From Octopus vulgaris (lineage: Eukaryota): DNA of 64,000 bases. Location: NCBI GenBank assembly GCA_951406725.2, contig OX597839.1:34596001-34660000 (forward strand). Direction: 5' to 3'. Shown here piece after piece: positions 26,913-40,245 of this stretch. The position numbers and the translations under genes were made by a program. Each line of letters begins with the position of its first letter. The first letter of the stretch is position 1. The notes beneath the pieces were generated by a model. The model did no database searches. It was not told the origin of the DNA and worked only from the letters and a program-made list of their open reading frames with translations.

Positions 26913-27476
26913 GTAATTCAGTTTTGCAGCAGCTAATCAACTGTGTTCACAGGTGTTAAAATGCCTAGTGCCCCTTCTCCCCCACTTTTCCAAACTGGCC
27001 TATGGGAAGTCATGGGAATCTGAACACAATGGTTCAAACCTCAGCAGGAGCTCTGATGTATAGTAATTGCTAGCATCGTCTGTTTAGGATATTTTTTAAT
27101 GGAAAGAACTTCCAGGAGATATACCAGGATATGCCTGCTGGCATTTCTGTTTGGTTTTTTTTTTTAAATATAAAATCACTATTATACTTAGGTTTTACTC
27201 TGTGTGTGTGTGAAAGAGAGATAGATGAATGAACACAAATAGATGAAAAGGTGTTTGCCTATGGATACACATATATATATACATATATATATACATATAT
27301 ATATACATATATATACACACATATATACATATATACACACACACATATATACACATATATACATATATACACACACATATATACATATATATATACACAC
27401 ACATATATATATATACACACATATATACATATATATACACACATATATACATATATATACACATATATATACACAC

Positions 27477-27515
<39 letters not shown>

Positions 27516-27884
27516 TATCATCTTAGCTGTCCATCTATTCATCTCTTAGGAACAGTACCATTTACATTGGTTTTCTTAATACTAATGTTTCAAAGAATAT
27601 ATTGAAGAAAAAAAACAAAAAGTGTGTGTTCCAGGGTTAAGATAGGTACACTTAGTCTCGGCATGATGTAAAAGGCAACTAAAAGGATTAGCAACACAGG
27701 GGCCTCCTGCTGAATAGTACTGCTTCACAAAACTCATCCCAACCATGACAGTATGGGGGGACGGTTTGTTTTTAATCTTTCATTGTGTTTCAGTCATTAG
27801 TCGGTGGCCATGTAGGGGAACCACTTTAAAGGGTTTTAGTCAAATAAATTGACCTCGTTTCTTAGTGTTTTTAAGTCTCAAGAG

Positions 27885-28182
27885 AACCATCCGAACGTGG
27901 CCATTGCCAGCGCCACCCTGTCTGGCCTCCGTGCCGGTGGCATGTAAAATGCATCATCCGAATGTGGCCATTGCCAGCCTCATCTGGCACCTGTGCAGGT
28001 GGCACGTAAAAAGCACCCACTACACTCACAGAGTGGTTGGCGTTAGGAAGGGCATCCAGCCGTAGAAACATTGCCAGATCAGACTGGGCCTGGCGCAGCC
28101 TTCTGGCTTCCCAGACCCCAGTTGAACCGTCCAACCCATGCTAGCATGGAAAGCGGACGTTAAACGATGATGATGATGATGA
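27885..28182 (+). mobile_element. RTE LINE 3'-end fragment
   Basis: Same 3' UTR with ~60-bp subrepeats and (GAT)n tail. Similar copies at ~25050-25238, 36397-36555, 40250-40420, 40590-40915 and 52920-53160. Confidence 0.75.
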
Positions 28183-28561
28183 TTGTACTTCTCCTATTGG
28201 TCTCTTTTGCTAAACTGCTAAATCACGGGGACATAAACAAACCAACAGTGGTTGTCAAACATTGGTAGGTGGGAACAAACACAGGCAAATGCTTGTTGGT
28301 CTGCCTCAGTAATAATTTTGTTGTTATTTAGCCTCAAATCAACCTTGATACAGCAAAACTATCACCAAAGACATTCCAGCCTTCAGCAAACCATTTTTTT
28401 AGGGATAATCTAGGACATTACATACAATGGGCATGTGATATAGGGGGGGGGGATACTTTGACTGCTATTTTTAGCATGTCAAGCAACCAGGTAGAGACTT
28501 TTTCATTGGTTCGATTGCGTGATGAGATTTTTACATATATATATATGTGTGTATGTGTGTG

Positions 28562-28593
<32 letters not shown>

Positions 28594-28770
28594 ATTAGGG
28601 TTCAGCAACGATTTGCTTCACCACATACCGAAGTTTAGAAATAGCAGTTAAAAAATCTTAGCTATTCCTTCTACTTTAAAGGGGGTCCTTGAAATAGTCC
28701 TTTTCATGCCAAATTCTACTTGGTGAAATTAGTGATTACTTCTTAATTAATTAATTTTACCCTTTGTTAT

Positions 28771-28811
<41 letters not shown>

Positions 28812-29513
28812 GCAGAAGTTAGAGAGTAAGCCAAAAGCTGAGAGTTTCGTGTATTGGCACTACTTTGGTCGGCCTGAGGCTATAGTAGAAGATACTTGCC
28901 CAAGGTGTCACACAGTGGGACTGAACTTGGAACCATGTGGTTGGTAAGCAAACCACTTATCACATAGCCATGCCTATGCTTATATATATACGTATATATG
29001 ACAGGCTTCTTTCAGTTTCCGTCAACCAAATCCACTCACAGAGCTTTGGTTGGCCCGAGGCTATAGTAGAAGACACTTGCCCAAGGTGCCACGCAGTGGG
29101 ACTGAACCCGGAACCATGTGGTTGGTAAGCAAGCTACTTACCACACAGCCACTCCTACATGTTAAATATCTTCACCAACCAGGCAAGGTATCATCTCTCC
29201 CCTCCTGGCACATTATCCCCCTCCCCCTCCAACACCACCACCACACACATGCTTCCAACATTAGATTCATTTAGCCATCTCCACCACCCCCACCACCGTG
29301 GCTACCACCAGAGTTAATACATTCCAGATTCTGTCTTCACAGATGTCTCTTAAAACTGATTAGTTTATTCACGGGGGGGGGGGAGGTTCATTCAATGTGG
29401 TATGGTTGTGAAGGGGAGAAGCCAAATGACCTGGAGGGGTAGTGTGAGAGAGAGAGAGAGAGAAGAAGCGAAGGAGGGGGAGACAGAACACCCACACAGC
29501 ACAAACTATTCAT

Positions 29514-29560
<47 letters not shown>

Positions 29561-31117
29561 AGAGAGGGATGAGAATGGAATTCTGCACACACCCACCCAT
29601 ACCCACTTCTTGCCTAACCCATACCCCCCCCTCCGCCTTCCAGTGTTAAAATAAATAAAATCCCTTTGCTATAGTTTTAAGTCAGCAACAGACATTCCAT
29701 TCACATGAAGATTCCTCCTGGTTCTCCGCTTCAATGGATCTTACCATTCCTCATTGAGGCACATCAAACCACCCACACACACACAGGAATACAGTTTCAT
29801 TCATAAGACCATTCTTAAAGACAGTGTGTGTGTGTGTGTGTGTGTGTGTGCATGCACAAATATGTATCCCTGCTTGACACCCCTCTTTTTTCCCCCCTTT
29901 TTTTTTGTACTGTTCCCACATTTTTCCAGTGGCCAATAAAAATACCTCCCTTTTTTATATATTCAGAGATCAAATCGCTCCAGTACCAACACTGCATTTC
30001 ATCCTTCCAGTCGGTCGGGTGGTCGGGTGGGGTGGTGATAGAAAGAAATGGTACCAGGGCTTGCTGCCAGTACTTAAGGCCTGTCCTTCAATCATTCATT
30101 AATTGCTGTCATTAACTATTAACAGTTCTAAGAGAGAAGCAGTTGTGTCTTAGAAGAGAGGGTAGAACCCACACACCATAATATATATTACATACATACA
30201 CACACGCACGCAAATACATACACACACACATACATACATACACACATGCACATACATACACACACGCACATACATACATTCACACACGCACGCACGCACA
30301 TACATACACACACACACATACATACATACACACACATGTACATATATACATACATGCACATACATACACACTCACATACACACGCACATACACACACACA
30401 TTCACACACGCATGCACATACATACACACACACACTCACACACATGCACATAGACATACATACGTGCACATACATACACACATGCACATACATACACATA
30501 CGCACATATACATACATACGCATATACATACACACACATGCATACATATACACATGCATATACACACGCACAGACATATATATATGCACACACACACATA
30601 CAACACAAATCTTACAAAGGCCCTGCAACCTGCATATACTATGCCCTTGCTTCATTCATGGAAGTGGCCATGGTTAGACACCACCCTGATATGGTTAGTA
30701 GAACGAACATACATGCATGCATACATACAAACATAGGAGTAAATATTTCATAAATGCAGAATGGAATTCCCCACCCTGTTCCCAAAGTCAATAAAATCCC
30801 ATAGCCAAGGGGTTTTAGGGGGTTTTAAGGCAGCAACAGACATTCCATTCCATTCACATTCCTTCTGATTCTTGCTTCAATGGACGGACCTTTTCCCATT
30901 GAGAAACTTCCGACCACACACACACACACACACAACCACACACAACAACACACACGCTACTGCATTATGGGAGACGCAAAGAAAATACACACACAGACAC
31001 ATTTTCACTTGTTTGTCATTTGACCACGCCCATGCTGGAGCACAGCCTCAGAGGGTTTTGGCCAAAGAAATCGAACCCCAGGACAAATGTTTTAAGCCTA
31101 GTACTTATTCTATCTCT

Positions 31118-32484
31118 TACTCTTTTACTTGTTTTAGCCATTTGACAGTGGCCATGCTGGAGCACCGCCTTTAATCGAGCAAATTGACCCCGGGACTTAT
31201 TCTTTGGTAGCCCAGTACTTATTCTATCGGTCTCTTTTGCGGAACCGCTAAGTAACGGGGACATAAACACACCAGCATCGGTTGTCAAGCAATGCTAGGG
31301 GGACGAACACACACAGACACACATATATATATATATACTTATATACGACAGGCTTCTTTCAGTTTCCGTCTACCAAATCCACTCACAAGGCTTTGGTCGG
31401 CCTGAGGCTATAGTAGAAGACACTTGCCCAAGGTGCCACGCAGTGGGACTGAACCCGGAACCATGTGGTTGGTAAGCAAGCTACTTACCACACAGCCACT
31501 CCTGCGTCTATCGATCTGTTTTGCTGCAACACTAAGTTACAGGGATGTAAACACACCTACACCGGTTGTTGAGCAGTGATGAGGAGACAAACACATACAC
31601 ACACACACACACACGACAGGCTTCTTTTCAGTTTCCGTGAACCAAATCTACTCAAGGCTTTGGTTGCCCTCAGACCATGGCAGAAGACACTTGTTCAAGG
31701 TGCCACACAGTGGGACTGAACCCAGAACCATGTGGTTGGGCGGCATGCTTGTGCATCTCACTATATTCTTTTACTTGTTTCAGTCATTAGACTGCAGCCA
31801 TGCTGGAGCACCGCCTTTAGTTGAGCAAATCAACCCCAGGACTTATTCTATGTAAGCCAAGTACTTATTCTATCGGTCTCTTTTGCTGAACCACTAGGTT
31901 ATGGGGACATAAACACACCAACATCAGTTGTCAAGTGAGGGTGGAGAGGGACAAACACAAAAATATACATATACGATGGGCTTCTTTTAGTTTCCATCTA
32001 CCAAACCCACTCACAAGGCTTTGGTCGGCCCAGGGCTATAGTAGAAGTCACTTGCGCAAGGTGCCACGCAATGGGACTGAACCTGGAACCATGTGGTTGT
32101 GAAGCAAGCTTCTTACTACACAGCCACTCCTGCGCCTATATTCTTTGTTTCAGGCCGTGCTGGAGCACCGCTCTTTTTAGTCGAACAAATCGATCCCATG
32201 ACATTCTTCATAAGCCTAGTACTTGTTCTATCGGTCCCTTTTGCCAGACCAGTAAGTTACAGGGACATAACACAGCAACATCGGATGTTAAGCGATGGTG
32301 GGCAGCAAACACAGACACAAACATATACATATATACACACACACACACACGACGGGCTTCTTTCAGTTTCCACTCACAAGGCGTCGGTCAGCCCGAGGCT
32401 ATAGAAGACACTTGCCCAAAGTGCCATGCAGTGGGATTGAATCCAGAACCATGTGATTGGTAAGCAAGCTACTTACCACACAGC

Positions 32485-32488
<4 letters not shown>
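31118..32488 (-). mobile_element. Cluster of about four same-orientation SINE family A copies of differing divergence
   Basis: Copies at ~31118-31510, 31510-31745, 31768-32140 and 32155-32488. Confidence 0.8.
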
Positions 32489-32532
<44 letters not shown>

Positions 32533-32769
32533 CGAGCTGGCAGACACGTTTGCACGCCGGGCGAAATGCTTAGAGGTATTTCGCCTGTCTTTACGTTCTG
32601 AGTTCAAATTCCACCGAGGTCAACTTTGCTTTTCATCCTTTCGGGGTCGATAAATAAGGTACTGGTTTCACACTGGGGTCCATGTAATCGACTTAATCCC
32701 TTTGTCAGTCCTTGTTTGTCCCCTCTATGTTTAGCCCCTCGTAGGCAATAAAGAAATAAAAATATATAT

Positions 32770-32926
32770 AGGAGTGGCTGTGTGGTAAGTAGCTTGGTAA
32801 CCAGCCACATGGTTCCAGGTTCAGTCCCACTGTGTGGCACCTTGGGCAAGTGTCTTCTACTATAGCCTCGGGCCGACCAAAGCCTTGTGAGTGGATTTGG
32901 TAGACAGAAACTGAAAGAAGCCCGTC

Positions 32927-32972
<46 letters not shown>

Positions 32973-33253
32973 CCCCAGCATGGCCACAGCTCATGAGCTG
33001 AAACTAGAATCAATCAATCAATCAATCAATCATATATTTATATGTGTGTATGTTTGTGTGTCTGTGTTTGTCCCTCTAGCATTGCTTGACAACCGATGCT
33101 GGTGTGTTTATGTCCCCGTCACTTAGCGGTTCGGCAAAAGGGACCGATAGAATAAGTACTGGGCTTACAAAGAATAAGTCCCGGGGTCGATTTGCTCGAC
33201 TAAAAGGCGGTGCTCCAGCATGGCCAGTCAAATGACTGAAACAAGTAAAAGAG

Positions 33254-33254
<1 letters not shown>
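32770..33254 (+). mobile_element. SINE family A with a LINE 3' tip inserted into its internal (TA)n
   Basis: gtgccccagcatggccacagctcatgagctgaaactag(aatc)n at ~32970-33031 interrupts the TA run. Confidence 0.85.
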
Positions 33255-33287
<33 letters not shown>

Positions 33288-34682
33288 CACACACACACAG
33301 ATTCTCTGAAGAATATTGTAAATGGCTTTCTTGGGAGTTCGAATACGCCTGAAGCATAGACTACCTCAGTGGGACTAATAAAAATGCGAACACCGTATAA
33401 GAAACGTCATTTACAACCCTTTCAGCCCTTGTGGCAAATAACATTTTGTTTACTTATTATTGTTTTCTTGAAAAAGCCATCCTCACATATCAGAGCGTCA
33501 GGCTTGTCACCGCCGCCGCCGCCGCCATCGTCGATAACCGTCTCCCTGCTTTTTTGACCCCGAGGTCGCTGATGTGTATGAAAATGTTCGAGGTGGGAGG
33601 GGGGGCGAGGGTGATCCACATGCCGCCAATAAGTAATCAATGACTCACACTAAACTCCCAAGGAAAGAAGGAGGGGGAGAGTGAGAGAGACGAGTGAGAG
33701 AGATAAAGGTTTTCCCCCCTCTCTCTTTAAAGATGACAGTGAAAGTTTCAATAAAGAGCCTTGTCGTCGGCGGAGGCGAGTGTCCCCTGTCGCTGGTTGT
33801 ATGTAATGTGTCTGTCTTTCTCCTCTTCCTGCTCCCTTATTATTATTATCATTGTCAGTAGTAGTAGTAGTAATAGTAGTTGTAGTAGTAGCAGCAATAA
33901 TAATAACGATAAAGCTGGGTGCAGTCCATTCACGCTTAACAGGAAGACATGGGAGCCAGAACAGCCGAAGAAATTGGCGGGAGTAGGACGGGCGGCGAAG
34001 ACAGCAGCGGCAGCGGAGGAGGAGGAAGGGGAGACATTTTTGAGTGAGGGGAGGAGGAGGAGACTTTGCGCGTTTGTTTTTGGTTGTTTTTATTTTCTGT
34101 GCTGGATTTTTACTCTGAGTAAATGTGGGGGGGGATACAGTGTGTGTGTGTGTGGCATTAATTGGATATACAGACTGGTTCACACCTTGAATCATGGGCA
34201 AGAGAACTTCCACAAGGGGAGAGGGAGAGAGGCAGGAAGAAAGAAGCAGAGAAGCAGAGAATGGGTGTAAGGAAGAGTGTGAATGATAAAGCGAGTGAGG
34301 GGTTTCCGCAAGAGAGAGAGAGACGGAGGGAGGGAGGGAGGGAAAAGTTCGTGGTGTGTGATGAATGGGAGGAGAGTCAGAGTAGATGGAAGAGAGGGAG
34401 AGGGAGATGGAAGTGTGTATGTGAAAGGAAGAATGTGTGAGAAAGAAAGAGTAAGAGTGTGGTGTGTCTGTGCGTGAGGGAGAGAGAAGGTGTAACGGAG
34501 AAAGGGAAAGTGTGAGAATTTTTGAGTGTAAGAGTAATGAGGATGATGAATGTGTAGAGAGAAAGCTATGTGAAGGGTATGCAAAGAAAAAAAATAATAA
34601 TTAAGCGAACTTATTGTTTTATTAATTACACTATAACCGATCCCGTGTATCGGCAGGTATGGCCAGGTAGGCTCGGTTACCC

Positions 34683-35080
34683 TCTTTTACTCTTTTACTT
34701 GTTTCAGTCATTTGACTGCGGCCATGCTGGAGCACCGCCTTTTTAATCGAGCAACTCGACCCCGGGACTTATTCTTTTTGTAAGCCCAGTACTTATTCTA
34801 TCGGGTCTCTTTTGCCGAACCGCTAAGTAACGGGGACATAAACACACCAGCATCGGTTGTCAAGCAATGCTAGGGGGACAAACACAAACATACAAACATA
34901 CACGCACACATATACACATATATATACATATATAAGACAGGCTTCTTTCAGTTTCCGTCTACCAAATCCACTCACAAGGCTATAGTAGAGGACACTTGCC
35001 CAAGGTGTCATGCAGTGGGACTGAACCCGGAACCATGTGGTTGGTAAACAAGCTACTTACCACACAGCCACTCCTGCACC
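34683..35080 (-). mobile_element. SINE family A
   Basis: Reverse-complement match with a small internal deletion. Confidence 0.85.
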
Positions 35081-35566
35081 TATACTTTTTTTTTTGTGGA
35101 TTTGGTTGACTGAAAACCAAATTCCACTGAATGTGTGACTGAACACTACTCGACAACTGGCGTTGCTTTGTTTACATTCCCATAACTTAGAGGTCCGACA
35201 AAAGAGATCGACAGAACAAGTACCAGGCTTAATATTTGCTTGACTAAACCCTTCAGAGCACTGCTCCAACATGGCCACAGTCTAATGAAAAAAAAATATA
35301 TATAAAATAAAAATGGAAGTTTGGGTTACAGGGATCAAGGGATCGTTTCTGAATAGCAATTGGGGATTTTGTACAGCAATGCCTCATATTTCAAGATTTC
35401 AGGGATGATTTTAATTTCTTTTTCCAGGAGAATTTAAAATCGTATGACACCCAAGATATCAGGTTTAAGAAAGCTTAAGAACTCTGACCATCTTCGAAGA
35501 CAATAAGCATACACTGGTGCACCAAAAGACAACGCTTCCATCCACCTTAGGTGTAGAGAGTGATAA

Positions 35567-35985
35567 GGATCTTTTCCTTTTGAACGGCACATTGTAACAT
35601 AATTTCTAGGTAACTAGAAAGTTTTAAACTTCGTATACTGGTAGAATGTGTTTATAAAACATAATTTTCTCTTGGCTTTATTGAGAAAATTCTATAGTTT
35701 GTAAGATATTTCGTCTGAAATTACTTGCATTTCTGCAATTTTAACCAATCAATTACCTCCATTGACGTAAATAACATTCTGTGCATAATGAATATGTCCC
35801 TCCTTTAAGAAACAGATTGGGTTTATTTAGATTTGTGAAGAAAACAGATACCCTTCCCCTAACCCTAACTCTAAATCTAAATCTAAAATAGATTGAAATG
35901 CAATAGATCGATACTAGGGTTATAATTATGGATGACAATTTCATACGACACTGCTACTGAAAATAGGATTCTTTTCTAGCGGTGT
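35567..35985 (-). mobile_element. Non-autonomous TIR element (same family as 55420-56240), one end replaced by MITE family 1 sequence
   Basis: Terminus ggatcttttc..ttgaacggc; internal ccctaaccctaa; reverse complement of 55445-55790. Confidence 0.7.
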
Positions 35986-37269
35986 CAACAGAAATAGGAT
36001 AACAAAAGGGTTAAAATATATAATAGAGAAACAATTCTTAACGCTTTCCATACCAACCTGGATGAAACTGCTTCTGGCTCTCTAGTACAAATGTCTTGTT
36101 TTCTTAAGTTCTAAATTAAAATCTTCCACCAAACCTTAGTTATCATTAAGCTAGTGTTAGGAACATAAATTTGTTATTTTACTAAATTCTTTTGATATCT
36201 CAACAGAAATATGATAAAAGGGTTAAAATGCAGCCATGCTGGGGCACCACCTTGCAGAAATTTTAGTTAAATGTACTTTTTTTCCCCTTCAAATTAAAAG
36301 AAAAACCTGGTACCTATTCCATAGGTCTTTTTTGCCAAACTGCAAGGGTTACAGAGGCATATACAGACTCAAAGACACACACACATATATATATATCATC
36401 ATCATCATCGTTTAGCGTCCGCTTTCCATGCTACCATGGGTTGGATGGTTCAACTGGGGTCTGGGAAGCCAGAAGGTTGCACCAGGCCCAGCCTGATCTG
36501 GCAGTGTTTCTATGGCTGGATACCCTTCCTAACGCCAACCACTCCATGAGTGTAATACACATATATATATATATATATACATATATACGACAGGCTTCTT
36601 TCAGTTTCCATCTACCAAATCCGCTCACAAGGCTTTGGTCGGCCTGAGGCTATAGTAAAAGACACTTGCCCAAGGTGCCACGCATTGGGACTGAGTCCGG
36701 AGCCATGTGGTTGGTAAACAAGCTACTTACCACACAGCCACTCCTACGCGTCTCTAACACAATCCACTCACAAGACTTTGGTCAGCCCAGAACTTTAGCA
36801 GAAGACACTTGCCCAAGGTACCACACAGTGGAGATGAACCTGGAACCATGTGGTTCGTAAGCAAACTACTTACCACACAGCCATGCCTGCAACTTGAAAG
36901 AGTGCAGGTGCAGTATGGAAGGAGGTGGCTTTGTGCCAGGTGTTGAAACGCACAGGAAGAGGTGCCTTGTTGAACCGGAAATCACAGCAGGAAAGGGGAA
37001 AGGATTGTATGGGTGGGATATCAGGGCATATAACCCCCAAGACACAAAGAAAAGGTGGGAAAAAGAAAGAATGGAGATAGAAAAATCAAGAACGGCTGGA
37101 TAGGTAGGTTCATGAATAGTGAGAAAGAAACAACAGAGATAGGGGTGAATGTACTGACTGCTGTACCAGATTTGAAAGAAATAAATGAACCATCTAATGA
37201 TACTTACTCTAAAGAAATAATATAAAACTAAACATCAAAGTATAAAGCTTCATAACAACAATAATAATC

Positions 37270-37755
37270 TTTTATACTTTAGGCACAAGACCCGAAATTT
37301 GGGGGGAGGGGTCCAGTCAACTTGATCGAGCCAGTATGCAACCGGTACTTAATTTATCGACCCTAAAAGGATGAAAGGCGAAGTTGAACTTGGCGGAATT
37401 TGAACTCAGAACATAGCGGCAGACGAAATACCTATTTCTTTACTACCCACAAGGGGCTAAACATAGACAGGAAAAACAAGGACAGACAAAAGTATTAAGT
37501 CGATTACATCGACCCTGGTGCGTAACTGGTACTTAATTTATCGACCCTAAAAGGATGAAAGGTGAAGTTGACCTCGGCAGAATTTGAACTCAGAACATAG
37601 CGGCAGACGAAATACCTATTTCTTTACTACCCACAAGGGGGCTAAACACAGAGAGGACAAACAAGGACAGACAAACGGATGAAGTCGATTACAACGACCC
37701 CAGTGCGTAACTGGTACTTATTTAATCGACCCCGTTTCTGCCAGTTCGCCGCCTT
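37270..37755 (-). mobile_element. SINE family B, triple body array
   Basis: Junction gacgaaatacc|tatttcttt occurs near 37430 and near 37615. Confidence 0.8.
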
Positions 37756-38268
37756 TTTTCTGGCATGCGTAGGATTCTGCTAACCCAAAATAATAAACAA
37801 AAACTATCCACATCCACTTTTCTATGCTGGTACAAGTTACACAGAACTTGTTAGAGCAGATTTTATTTCTCTGGCCTAATGCCTTTCCTGTCACCAACCC
37901 TCACCTGTTTCCAAATAAATTTCCCATGGCCAGACATGTCTTTTTTTTTTTTTTTACTTAAGACTAAAAACGAACAACCCTGCTTGTACGACAGTGATGC
38001 TCGTTAACAACCATCACATAATGTCAAAACAACAGTAAATATCTCACACACACACACACTCTTTTACTTGCTTCGGTCATTTGACTGTGGCCATGCTGGA
38101 GCACCGCCTTTAGTTGAACAAATCGACCCCAAGACTTGTTCTTTAGAAGCCTAGTACTTATTCTATCGGTCTCTTTTGCTGAACCACTAAGTTACAGGGA
38201 CGTAAACACACCAGCATCGGTTGTCAATCGATGTTGGGGGACAAACACAGACACACAAACATATACAT

Positions 38269-38315
<47 letters not shown>

Positions 38316-38406
38316 TAAATTTTTTAAATTATTACCTTTTAAGGTTATTATTTCCATGCTGGCCTCTTGATAAGATCGTTATTTTATTTTAAATCAACGA
38401 TCTTTT

Positions 38407-38446
<40 letters not shown>

Positions 38447-38816
38447 AAGGGCTTCTTTCAGTTTCCGTCTACCAAATCCACTCACATGGCTTCGGTCGGC
38501 CCAAGGCTATAGTAGAAGACACTTGCCCAAAGTGCCACGCAGTGGGACTGAACCTGGAACCATGTGGTTGGTAAGCAAGCTACTTACCACACAGCTACTC
38601 CTGCGCCTGTAAAAATATATACAGACATACATACACACCCGAGCTTGTTTCAAATTCCATCAACCAAATTCATTTACAAGGCATTGACAAATCATCCACG
38701 GGAACAGGGCCTGAACCCAAGATCTCGTAACTAAGAAGGAAACTTCTAAACCACATAACCACGCTCCCACCTCTTCATATTTCGGGGGTTTTTTTGGTTT
38801 TTTTGGGGGGGCTTAA

Positions 38817-39037
38817 CCCTATATTGTTCACATTATTCTGCCAAAATTAATCCTTTTTCATCCACATTATTTTGAACTAATCATGCATCATCTTGTAGCT
38901 ATGAGATTTTGATGAGGAAGCTGTTAATTTTTAAAACGACATTGTAGGGTTGGTGTGAGAGACCAGATCTGGCCAGTTTGAACATAAAACAGGCAGAATA
39001 CTTTGGGCCGGATGTGGCCAGTTTAAATGCTAAAGGG
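38817..39037 (-). mobile_element. piggyBac-type MITE family 2
   Basis: TTAA|ccct...aatgctaaaggg|TTAA. Other copies at ~5600-5803, 41219-41432, 41605-41815, 52233-52451 and 63705-63880. Confidence 0.75.
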
Positions 39038-39125
39038 TTAAATACACTGGGGATTAAACAGACACACATAAACAATGAAACAACAAAATTAGTTTATGAT
39101 ATTGGCAATAGGTGGCAGTGCTTAC

Positions 39126-39750
39126 CTTAGGAGGGACACAAAACTTAAGAGCATATCCATTAGGATCTTTGACTAGTTCCAATTTAGTCCTTTCCCATTT
39201 TGATTTGCCTTTTGAATCTTCCCCTGACAACACGTTAACAATCTCCTCTTTGCTGGCATCGCCGTTGCCATACTGTTCTTCGACTTTGTCTAATTTACCT
39301 TTCGTCGCCGGTTTATCGTTTTTGTTCATCTTCCAGTGCTTCCGGTGATGTTCCTCAGCGCTACCATTGGTATCATTCGAACTACTCTTGAAAAAACTGC
39401 GTCTCCGAATTCCGCGGAGAGAGAACCGCCGGAAGAAGCTCTTGCGCCGCTTCTCGGTGGGGCTCAGCTGACCGGAAGTGGAAACGGCGGTCGTGCTGCT
39501 GCTGCTGCCGCTGCCGCCACCGCCGCCACCACCACCAACACCACCGCCTCCGCCTCCACTACCGCCGCCGACGACACCACCGCCGCCGCCTCCGCCGCTG
39601 ACCACGCTGTTCTCTTGGTCGGCGTAGTCGCCGTGGTCGTCACCGCCGTGGCTGCCGTTCTGTTCAGCTAGGGATTCTGGGCGGGAATTGTGAGACGCAG
39701 AATGAAAAGTCATTCCAATTCCATCAGCTGGTAATAACTTGGCGTTGACG
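39126..39750 (-). CDS. SH2B: Internal coding exon of an SH2B-family adaptor (SH2B1/APS/Lnk-like): Gly/Ser-rich linker, basic RRKSFFRRFSLRG motif and N-terminal half of the PH domain
   Basis: The ORF reads ...KRRKSFFRRFSLRGIRR...KEEIVNVLSGED...KSKWERTKLELVKDPNGYALKFCVPPK, resembling the SH2B/Lnk PH start (KEG-V...KW-K-RL-L-K---GY-LEF--PPK). Acceptor is cctttctgttctag| at 39751 and donor is AAG|gtaagc at 39125. Length 625 nt = 1 + 208 codons. Family call is from recalled motifs. Confidence 0.8.
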
Positions 39751-39904
39751 CTAGAACAGAAAGGAAGAAGAAAATAGAAAAAAAATGGAATTAAAAGACA
39801 AAAAGTGAGAAAAAAAAAAAAAAAAGAAACATTTTCTCTGAAGACAAACTTTTGAAACACAGAACATCTCAAAATAAATACGGTAACAAAAGTGTTAATG
39901 CTTT

Positions 39905-40245
39905 GTTTTATCTGTGTTTCTTTCAATTACTTTAAATCTAACAAAGAATTTAGTAAAATAACTTCGTTATCATTAAGCTAGTGTTAGGAACACAAATTGT
40001 GACTAAGGTTTGGTGGAAGATTTTAATTCAAAACTTTTGAAAACAAGACATTTGTACTCAGAGCCAGAGCCGGTTTCAGTCAGGTTGGTAATGAAAGGGT
40101 TAAGAATTGTTTCTCTATTATATATTTTAACCCTTTTGTTACCCTATTTCTGTTGAGATGCTCTGTGTTTCTTTCAATGAATTTTAAATATAACAAAGAA
40201 TTTAGTAAAATAACTTCGTTATCATTAAGCTAGTTTTAAGAACAC
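39905..40245 (-). mobile_element. piggyBac-type MITE family 1, dimer remnant
   Basis: Same units and spacer as 4514-4991. It supplies the spurious N-terminus of ORF 39054..39926. Confidence 0.75.

Noticed and set aside
39751-39926. N-terminal extension of ORF 39054..39926
   Set aside because: It lies upstream of the splice acceptor and consists of the polypyrimidine tract and MITE sequence.
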